Positions 53,601-64,000 of a stretch of 64,000 bases of DNA are shown here, in pieces. A program made the translations under genes and the position numbers. The notes beneath the pieces are model-generated. The model did no database searches. It worked only from the letters and a program-made list of their open reading frames with translations, and was not told the origin of the DNA. The DNA lies in contig OZ249436.1 in assembly GCA_965235115.1 (NCBI GenBank), positions 28,832,001 through 28,896,000 on the forward strand. Direction: 5' to 3'. How positions within the stretch are numbered: position 1 is the first letter of the stretch; each line of letters opens with the position of its first letter. The stretch is from Laetmonice hystrix (taxonomy: Eukaryota).

Positions 53601-56600
53601 GCATTAAATTTTTTCCTGATGTGGGGGCCGGGGAACAATAGGTGCCATCCGTTTCATCACTATATGGGGGTGAGGGTGGGGAAGGTGTTGGTTGTGTGGT
53701 CAGAGGTAATGTCTGAGGGCCAGACAGCCATAGCATGTGGATTGGGAAGGGGATGAGATGTTGGCTAAGTGTTTGGAGGGAATGTCTGATGACCAATCAG
53801 TCATGTTAGGGATTGGAAAGGGGGATATTGGATTGGTTGGAGGTGGTAGTATAGAAGAAAAACGAAAAATACCCCCAAAAAATCGCAAAAGAAAAAAATG
53901 AAACAACAGTTTGTGGGTGATGCATGTCGCAATACTGAGACATGTCTGCTGGGTGTTTATATCAGGGGTATTCTGATTTCGCTGTTCTGGTGAGTCACTG
54001 TGGGTGGTTGGAGGTGGTAGTATAAAAGAAAAACGAAAAATACCAAAAAAATCACAAAAGAAAAAAATGAAAAAATGTTTGTGGGTATTGACCCTTCAGA
54101 TGAGATATCTGCACTGTGACACTACGCCACTCCTGCACACATGTCATTCTTGTCTTGTTGTAACTGAATGACTATAGTAAAAATCAATAATGATGAATTT
54201 GAATGAGTAGTTCGGCATAATGTTTTAAGGCCACTCGGCCATATCATGGAGATTGTGAAGGGATGAAGGTGTTGGCTGAGTGGTTAGGGGTAACGTCTGA
54301 GGGTCAATCAGCCATATTATGGGGATTGGGAAATGGGGGTGTTGGCTGAATGCTTGAGGGGTAGTGTCAGGAGGTCCGTCAGCCATATCATGAAAGTTGA
54401 GAAAAAGGGAGGTGTTGGGTGGGTGGTACGGGGTAATGTCTTAAGGCCACTCGGCCATTCCTGGGGGCTTAGGTCTTAGGGGTAAAGTCTGGGGGCCAGT
54501 GAGCCATATCATGGGGAGTGGGAAGGGAGATGTTGTTGTCTGAGATGTTGAGGGTAACGTCTGGTAACGTTGGTAATTTTGAGTCATTTTATCCTCATTT
54601 ATTTTCATTATCATCCCCCGTGGGGCCCGGGGAACAATAGGCCCCATCCGTTTCAACACCCTATGGGTATGTGTGAGGGTGGAGAAGTTGTTGGCTGAGT
54701 GGTACGGGGTAAGGCCTGAGGGTCATTTGGCCATATCATCGGGGCTGGGAAGGGGGGGGGAAGGTGTTGGCTGATTGGTTAGGGGTAACGTCTGACTGCC
54801 AGCCAGCCATATCATGGGGTTTGGGGAATGGGAGGCAGGGTCATGCGTATTTACAAGAACAGAAAGAGTTTACGATCACTCTCCATCTACATGGGCCAAA
54901 GGCCTACAAGTACCTGCGAGAAAAACTGACGTGACATCTGAAGCACTCATGTTCATGGTAGTGGGAATGAAGGGCATCTGGAAGTCACCGACTGGATACT
55001 TATAACACGGACACTCAAGCCTGACACTCAAAAAGTTCTTGTGGAACATGCATTAAATATGCTTCATGAATGCAGTATCAGCCTTTTGTGCTTAACCATG
55101 GATAGTCAACAACCTTGTAAAAGGGCTGCTAAAAATGTCCATGTAAAAGGCTTGTTAGTAGATAGTACTGTTCATGTGACAGCCTTGCCTTGAAACCATT
55201 ATGATTTTGACATACGTTTTTTATATATTTTTTATACTTGTTTTACTTATAAATTATACGTGACAAACTAAGAAATAAGTTCCATAGGAGATAAGACCTT
55301 AAACAGGATCTGATTTGCTACATTAGTGAGGTATCCTGGCATGGTCAGCTCTGCCTCATGAACATATGGGTAAATTAGATCCTGTCTCAAGTTTTACCTC
55401 CTTATTTGTTTAACAGCCCCCCCCCCCGCCCAGTCTAAAAAAGACGTTCCTGTTTTCTTGTTATTATAAAATGAGCAGCCTAAAAGGCCTAATCCAAAAT
55501 TTCACATATATGGAGCCCTTCTCTTTTGGGCAGGCACCGACTTCTGAACAACATAGCTTTGCTGGGCTACTATTTCAGCTTTTACATAGACCTAGTGAGG
55601 GCTTAGTCCCACTAGGCATTTTTTGGCCTTGGGATGTTCTCCCAATGTAAACTGAAAAGCCTCGGGAGACTTCGGGAACAGGTTACTGGGTGCTTTGAAA
55701 AAGCTTTGGGATCACCAGGAGCCATGTGGAACCGTCGGGAGGCATCGGAAGAACTGCGGAAAATTTCAATGCCTGCATTAAATTTTTTCCTGATGTGGGT
55801 GCCGGGGAACAATAGGTGCCATCCGTTTCATCACCATATGGGGGTGAGGGTGGGGAAGGTGTTGGTTGTGTGGTCAGAAGTAATGTCTGAGGGCCAGACA
55901 GCCATAGCATGTGGATTGGGAAGGGGATGAGATGTTGGCTAAGTGTTTGGAGGGAATGTCTGAGGACCAATCAGTCATGTTAGGGATTGGAAAGGGGGAT
56001 ATTGGATTGGTTGGAGGTGGTAGTATAGAAGAAAAACGAAAAATACCCCCCAAAAAATCGCAAAAGAAAAAAATGAAACAACAGTTTGTGGGTGATGCAT
56101 GTCGCAATACTGAGACATGTCTGCTGGGTGTTTATATCAGGGGTAACCTGATTTCGCTGTTCTGGTGAGTCACTGTGGGTGGTTGGAGGTGGTAGTATAG
56201 AAGAAAAACGAAAAATACAAAAAAAATCACAAAAGAAAAAAAAATGAAAAAATGTTTGTGGGTGTTGACCCTTCAGATGAGATATCTGCACTGTGACACT
56301 ACGCCACTCCTGCACACATGTCATTCTTGTCTTGTTGTAACTGAATGACTATAGTAAAAATCAACAATGATGAATTTGAGTGAGTAGTTCGGGATAATGT
56401 TTTAAGGCCACTCGGCCATATCATGGGGATTGTGAAGGGATGAAGGTGTTGGCTGAGTGGTTAGGGGTAACGTCTGAGGGTCAATCAGCCATATTATGGG
56501 GATTGGGAAATGGGGGTGTTGGCTGAATGCTTGAGGGGTAATGTCAGGAGGTCCGTCAGCCATATCAAGAAAGTTGAGAAGAAGGGAGGTGTTGGGTGGG

Positions 56601-59600
56601 TGGTACGGGGTAATGTCTTAAGGCCACTCGGCCATTCCTGGGGGCTTAGGTCTTAGGGGTAAAGTCTGGGGGCCAGTGAGCCATATCATGGGGAGTGGGA
56701 AGGGACATGTTGTTGTCTGAGATGTTGAGGGTAACGTCTGGTAACGTTGGTAATTTTGAGTCATTTTATCCTCATTTATTTTCATTATCATCCCCCGTGG
56801 GGCCCGGGGAACAATAGGCCCCATCCGTTTCAACACCCTATGGGTATGTGTGAGGGTGGAGAAGTTGTTGGCTGAGTGGTACGGGGTAAGGCCTGAGGGT
56901 CATTTGGCCATATCATCGGGGCTGGGAAGGGGGGGGGGGAAGGTGTTGGCTGATTGGTTAGGGGTAACGTCTGACTGCCAGCCAGCCATATCATGGGGTT
57001 TGGGGAATGGGAGGCAGGGTCATGCTTACTTACAAGAACAGAAAGAGTTTACGATCACTCTCCATCTACATGGGCCAAAGGCCTACAAGTACCTGCGAGA
57101 AAAACTGACGTGACATCTGAAGCACTCATGTTCATGGTAGTGGGAATGAAGGGCATCTGGAAGTCACCGACTGGATACTTATAACACGGACACTCAAGCC
57201 TGACACTCAAAAAGTTCTTGTGGAACATGCATTAAATATGCTTCATGAATGCAGTATCAGGGTTTTGTGCTTAACTATGGATAGTCAACAACCTTGTAAA
57301 GGGGCTGCTGAAAATGTCCATGTAAAAGGGTTGTTAGTAGATAGTACTGTTCATGTGACAGCCTTGCCTTGAAACCATTATGATTTTGAAATACGTTTTT
57401 TATATATTTTTTATACTTGTTTTACTTATAAATTATACGTGACAAACTAAGAAATAAGTTCCATAGGAGATAAGACCTTAAACAGGATCTGATTTGCTAC
57501 ATTAGTGAGGTATCCTGGCATGGTCAGCTCTGCCTCATGAACATATGGGTAAATCAGATCCTGTCTCAAGTTTTACCTCCTTATTTGTTTAACAGCCCCC
57601 CCCCCCCCGCCCAGTCTAAAAAAAGACGTTCCTGTTTTCTTGTTATTATTAAATGAGCAGCCTAAAAGGCCTAATCCAAAATTTCACATATATGGAGCCC
57701 TTCTCTTTTGGGCAGGCACCGACTTCTGAACTTTTGGGAGTCTAACGTCACTTTTTTAACCGTTTTAACATAGCTTTGCTGGACTACTATTTCAGCTTTT
57801 ACATAGACCGAGTGAGGGCTTAGTCTCACTAGGCATTTTTGTGGCCTTGGGATGTTCTCCCAATGTAAACTGAAAAGCCTCGGGAGACTTCGGGAACAGG
57901 TGACTGAGTGCTTTGAAAAAGCTTTGGGATCATCGGGAGCCATGTGGAACCGTCGGGAGGCATCGGAAGAACTGCGGAAAATTTCAATGCCTGCATTAAA
58001 TTTTTTCCTGATGTGGGGGCCGGGGAACAATAGGTGCCATCCGTTTCATCACTATATGGGGGTGAGGGTGGGAAAGGTGTTGGTTGTGTGGTCAGAGGTA
58101 ATGTCTGAGGGCCAGACAGCCATAGCATGTGGATTGGGAAGGGGATGAGATGTTGGCTAAGTGTTTGGAGGGAATGTCTGATGACCAATCAGTCATGTCA
58201 GGGATTGGAAAGGGGGATATTGGATTGGTTGGAGGTGGTAGTATAGAAGAAAAACGAAAAATACCCCCAAAAAATCGCAAAAGAAAAAAATGAAACAACA
58301 GTTTGTGGGTGATGCATGTCGCAATACTGAGACATGTCTGCTGGGTGTTTATATCAGGGGTATTCTGATTTCGCTGTTCTGGTGAGTCACTGTGGGTGGT
58401 TGGAGGTGGTAGTATAAAAGAAAAACGAAAAATACCAAAAAAATCACAAAAGAAAAAAATGAAAAAATGTTTGTGGGTATTGACCCTTCAGATGAGATAT
58501 CTGCACTGTGACACTACGCCACTCCTGCACACATGTCATTCTTGTCTTGTTGTAACTGAATGACTATAGTAAAAATCAACAATGATGAATTTGAGTGAGT
58601 AGTTCGGGATAATGTTTTAAGGCGACTCGGCCATATCATGGAGATTGTGAAGGGATGAAGGTGTTGGCTGAGTGGTTAGGGGTAACGTCTGAGGGTCAAT
58701 CAGCCATATTATGGGGATTGGGAAATGGGGGTGTTGGCTGAATGCTTGAGGGGTAATGTCAGGAGGTCCGTCAGCCATATCAAGAAAGTTGAGAAGAAGG
58801 GAGGTGTTGGGTGGGTGGTACGGGGTAATGTCTTAAGGCCACTCGGCCATTCCTGGGGGCTTAGGTCCCAGGGGTAAAGTCTGGGGGCCAGTGAGCCATA
58901 TCATGGGGAGTGGGAAGGGACATGTTGTTGTCTGAGATGTTGAGGGTAACGTCTGGTAACGTTGGTAATTTTGAGTCATTTTATCCTCATTTATTTTCAT
59001 TATCATCCCCCGTGGGGCCCGGGGAACAATAGGCCCCATCCGTTTCAACACCCTATGGGTATGTGTGAGGGTGGAGAAGTTGTTGGCTGAGTGGTACGGG
59101 GTAAGGCCTGAGGGTCATTTGGCCATATCATCGGGGCTGGGAAGGGGGGGAAGGTGTTGGCTGATTGGTTAGGGGTAACGTCTGACTGCCAGCCAGCCAT
59201 ATCATGGGGTTTGGGGAATGGGAGGCAGGGTCATGCTTATTTACAAGAACAGAAAGAGTTTACGATCACTCTCCATCTACATGGGCCAAAGGCCTACAAG
59301 TACCTGCGAGAAAAACTGACGTGACATCTGAAGCACTCATGTTCATGGTAGTGGGAATGAAGGGCATCTGGAAGTCACCGACTGGATACTTATAACACGG
59401 ACACTCAAGCCTGACACTCAAAAAGTTCTTGTGGAACATGCATTAAATATGCTTCATGAATGCAGTATCAGCCTTTTGTGCTTAACCATGGATAGTCAAC
59501 AACCTTGTAAAAGGGCTGCTAAAAATGTCCATGTAAAAGGCTTGTTAGTAGATAGTACTGTTCATGTGACAGCCTTGCCTTGAAACCATTATGATTTTGA

Positions 59601-62600
59601 CATACGTTTTTTATATATTTTTTATACTTGTTTTACTTATAAATTATACGTGACAAACTAAGAAATAAGTTCCATAGGAGATAAGACCTTAAACAGGATC
59701 TGATTTGCTACATTAGTGAGGTATCCTGGCATGGTCAGCTCTGCCTCATGAACATATGGGTAAATTAGATCCTGTCTCAAGTTTTACCTCCTTATTTGTT
59801 TAACAGCCCCCCCCCCCGCCCAGTCTAAAAAAGACGTTCCTGTTTTCTTGTTATTATAAAATGAGCAGCCTAAAAGGCCTAATCCAAAATTTCACATATA
59901 TGGAGCCCTTCTCTTTTGGGCAGGCACCGACTTCTAAACTTTTGGGAGTCTAACGTCACTTCTTTAACCGTTTTAACATAGCTTTGCTGGGCTACTATTT
60001 CAGCTTTTACATAGACCTAGTGAGGGCTTAGTCCCACTAGGCATTTTTGTGGCCTTGGGATGTTCTCCCAATGTAAACTGAAAAGCCTCGGGAGACTTCG
60101 GGAACAGGTTACTGGGTGCTTTGAAAAAGCTTTGGGATCATCGGGAGCCATGTGGAACCGTCGGGAGGCATCGGAAGAACTGCGGAAAATTTCAATGCCT
60201 GCATTAAATTTTTTCCTGATGTGGGTGCCGGGGAACAATAGGTGCCATCCGTTTCATCACCATATGGGGGTGAGGGTGGGGAAGGTGTTGGTTGTGTGGT
60301 CAGAAGTAATGTCTGAGGGCCAGACAGCCATAGCATGTGGATTGGGAAGGGGATGAGATGTTGGCTAAGTGTTTGGAGGGAATGTCTGATGACCAATCAG
60401 TCATGTCAGGGATTGGAAAGGGGGATATTGGATTGGTTGGAGGTGGTAGTATAGAAGAAAAACGAAAAATACCCCCAAAAAATCGCAAAAGAAAAGAAAA
60501 AAAACAACAGTTTGTGGGTGATGCATGTCCCAATACTGAGACATGTCTGCTGGGTGTTTATATCAGGGGTATTCTGATTTCGCTGTTCTGGTGAGTCACT
60601 GTGGGTGGTTGGAGGTGGTAGTATAAAAGAAAAACGAAAAATACCAAAAAAATCACAAAAGAAAAAAATGAAAAAATGTTTGTGGGTATTGACCCTTCAG
60701 ATGAGATATCTGCACTGTGACACTACGCCACTCCTGCACACATGTCATTCTTGTCTTGTTGTAACTGAATGACTATAGTAAAAATCAATACTGATGAATT
60801 TGAATGAGTAGTTCGGGATAATGTTTTAAGGCGACTCGGCCATATCATGGAGATTGTGAAGGGATGAAGGTGTTGGCTGAGTGGTTAGGGGTAACGTCTG
60901 AGGGTCAATCAGCCATATTATGGGGATTGGGAAATGGGGGTGTTGGCTGAATGCTTGAGGGGTAGTGTCAGGAGGTCCGTCAGCCATATCATGAAAGTTG
61001 AGAAAAAGGGAGGTGTTGGGTGGGTGGTACGGGGTAATGTCTTAAGGCCACTCGGCCATTCCTGGGGGCTTAGGTCTTAGGGGTAAAGTCTGGGGGCCAG
61101 TGAGCCATATCATGGGGAGTGGGAAGGGAGATGTTGTTGTCTGAGATGTTGAGGGTAACGTCTGGTAACGTTGGTAATTTTGAGTCATTTTATCCTCATT
61201 TATTTTCATTATCATCCCCCGTGGGGCCCGGGGAACAATAGGCCCCATCCGTTTCAACACCCTATGGGTATGTGTGAGGGTGGAGAAGTTGTTGGCTGAG
61301 TGGTACGGGGTAAGGCCTGAGGGTCATTTGGCCATATCATCGGGGCTGGGAAGGGGGGGAAGGTGTTGGCTGATTGGTTAGGGGTAACGTCTGACTGCCA
61401 GCCAGCCATATCATGGGGTTTGGGGAATGGGAGGCAGGGTCATGCTTATTTACAAGAACAGAAAGAGTTTACGATCACTCTCCATCTACATGGGCCAAAG
61501 GCCTACAAGTACCTGCGAGAAAAACTGACGTGACATCTGAAGCACTCATGTTCATGGTAGTGGGAATGAAGGGCATCTGGAAGTCACCGACTGGATACTT
61601 ATAACACGGACACTCAAGCCTGACACTCAAAAAGTTCTTGTGGAACATGCATTAAATATGCTTCATGAATGCAGTATCAGCCTTTTGTGCTTAACCATGG
61701 ATAGTCAACAACCTTGTAAAAGGGCTGCTAAAAATGTCCATGTAAAAGGCTTGTTAGTAGATAGTACTGTTCATGTGACAGCCTTGCCTTGAAACCATTA
61801 TGATTTTGACATACGTTTTTTATATATTTTTTATACTTGTTTTACTTATAAATTATACGTGACAAACTAAGAAATAAGTTCCATAGGAGATAAGACCTTA
61901 AACAGGATCTGATTTGCTACATTAGTGAGGTATCCTGGCATGGTCAGCTCTGCCTCATGAACATATGGGTAAATTAGATCCTGTCTCAAGTTTTACCTCC
62001 TTATTTGTTTAACAGCCCCCCCCCCGCCCAGTCTAAAAAAGACGTTCCTGTTTTCTTGTTATTATAAAATGAGCAGCCTAAAAGGCCTAATCCAAAATTT
62101 CACATATATGGAGCCCTTCTCTTTTGGGCAGGCACCGACTTCTAAACTTTTGGGAGTCTAACGTCACTTTTTTAACCGTTTTAACATAGCTTTGCTGGGC
62201 TACTATTTCAGCTTTTACATAGACCTAGTGAGGGCTTAGTCCCACTAGGCATTTTTGTGGCCTTGGGATGTTCTCCCAATGTAAACTGAAAAGCCTCGGG
62301 AGACTTCGGGAACAGGTTACTGGGTGCTTTGAAAAAGCTTTGGGATCATCGGGAGCCATGTGGAACCGTCGGGAGGCATCGGAAGAACTGCGGAAAATTT
62401 CAATGCCTGCATTAAATTTTTTCCTGATGTGGGTGCCGGGGAACAATAGGTGCCATCCGTTTCATCACCATATGGGGGTGAGGGTGGGGAAGGTGTTGGT
62501 TGTGTGGTCAGAAGTAATGTCTGAGGGCCAGACAGCCATAGCATGTGGATTGGGAAGGGGATGAGATGTTGGCTAAGTGTTTGGAGGGAATGTCTGATGA

Positions 62601-63639
62601 CCAATCAGTCATGTCAGGGATTGGAAAGGGGGATATTGGATTGGTTGGAGGTGGTAGTATAGAAGAAAAACGAAAAACACCCCCAAAAAATCGCAAAAGA
62701 AAAGAAAAAAAACAACAGTTTGTGGGTGATGCATGTCCCAATACTGAGACATGTCTGCTGGGTGTTTATATCAGGGGTATTCTGATTTCGCTGTTCTGGT
62801 GAGTCGTTGTGGGTGGTTGGAGGTGGTAGTATAAAAGAAAAACGAAAAATAACAAAAAAATCACAAAAGAAAAAAATGAAAAAATGTTTGTGGGTATTGA
62901 CCCTTCAGATGAGATATCTGCACTGTGACACTACGCCACTCCTGCACACATGTCATTCTTGTCTTGTTGTAACTGAATGACTATAGTAAAAATCAATAAT
63001 GATGAATTTGAATGAGTAGTTCGGGATAATGTTTTAAGGCGACTCGGCCATATCATGGAGATTGTGAAGGGATGAAGGTGTTGGCTGAGTGGTTAGGGGT
63101 AACGTCTGAGGGTCAATCAGCCATATTATGGGGATTGGGAAATGGGGGTGTTGGCTGAATGCTTGAGGGGTAGTGTCAGGAGGTCCGTCAGCCATATCAT
63201 GAAAGTTGAGAAAAAGGGAGGTGTTGGGTGGGTGGTACGGGGTAATGTCTTAAGGCCACTCGGCCATTCCTGGGGGCTTAGGTCTTAGGGGTAAAGTCTG
63301 GGGGCCAGTGAGCCATATCATGGGGAGTGGGAAGGGAGATGTTGTTGTCTGAGATGTTGAGGGTAACGTCTGGTAACGTTGGTAATTTTGAGTCATTTTA
63401 TCCTCATTTATTTTCATTATCATCCCCCGTGGGGCCCGGGGAACAATAGGCCCCATCCGTTTCAACACCCTATGGGTATGTGTGAGGGTGGAGAAGTTGT
63501 TGGCTGAGTGGTACGGGGTAAGGCCTGAGGGTCATTTGGCCATATCATCGGGGCTGGGAAGGGGGGGAAGGTGTTGGCTGATTGGTTAGGGGTAACGTCT
63601 GACTGCCAGCCAGCCATATCATGGGGTTTGGGGAATGGG

Positions 63640-63910
63640 AGGCAGGGTCATGCTTATTTACAAGAACAGAAAGAGTTTACGATCACTCTCCATCTACATG
63701 GGCCAAAGGCCTACAAGTACCTGCGAGAAAAACTGACGTGACATCTGAAGCACTCATGTTCATGGTAGTGGGAATGAAGGGCATCTGGAAGTCACCGACT
63801 GGATACTTATAACACGGACACTCAAGCCTGACACTCAAAAAGTTCTTGTGGAACATGCATTAAATATGCTTCATGAATGCAGTATCAGCCTTTTGTGCTT
63901 AACCATGGAT
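63640..63910 (+). pseudogene. P-element/THAP9-type transposase fragment, last monomer in the window
   Basis: Same sequence as in the other monomers. ORF 63621..63812 carries TDVTSEALMFMVVGMKGIWKSPTGY. Confidence 0.8.
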
Positions 63911-64000
63911 AGTCAACAACCTTGTAAAAGGGCTGCTAAAAATGTCCATGTAAAAGGCTTGTTAGTAGATAGTACTGTTCATGTGACAGCCTTGCCTTGA

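Larger units (their letters stand above)
1..64000. repeat. Tandem macrosatellite array, ~2.21 kb monomer, ~28.8 copies, truncated at both window edges
   Basis: The motif AGGT(G/T)ACTG(G/A)GTGCTTTGAAAAAGC recurs at 1, 2213, 4870, 7070, 9282, 11495, 13680, 15891, 18101, 20317, 22530, 24741, 26959, 29169, 31384, 33596, 35811, 38024, 40234, 42452, 44664, 46875, 49084, 51292, 53506, 55680, 57898, 60106 and 62314. The ORF track repeats with the same period. Copies differ only by scattered SNPs, homopolymer lengths, three small deletions and one insertion. Confidence 0.99.

Overview
The whole window is one head-to-tail tandem array (macrosatellite) of a ~2.21 kb monomer: about 28.8 near-identical copies, running off both ends. 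It looks eukaryotic, probably metazoan, given the transposon relics it carries. There is no intact gene, and nearly all ORFs in the track are repeat-derived noise. Each monomer is a mosaic of: (i) degenerate G-rich ~70 bp subrepeats with a TGGCTGA...TCAGCCA palindromic core, (ii) a duplicated ~85 bp A-tract block, (iii) an internally deleted, frameshifted fragment of a P-element/THAP9-type transposase, (iv) a ~117 nt fold-back hairpin, and (v) variable poly-G and poly-C tracts. One monomer carries a 441 bp PIF/Harbinger-type MITE (perfect 26 bp TIRs, TAA target duplication), with the other copies showing the empty site. Shared variants reveal local 1-, 2- and 3-monomer duplications. Family assignments rest on motif recognition from memory, not database searches.
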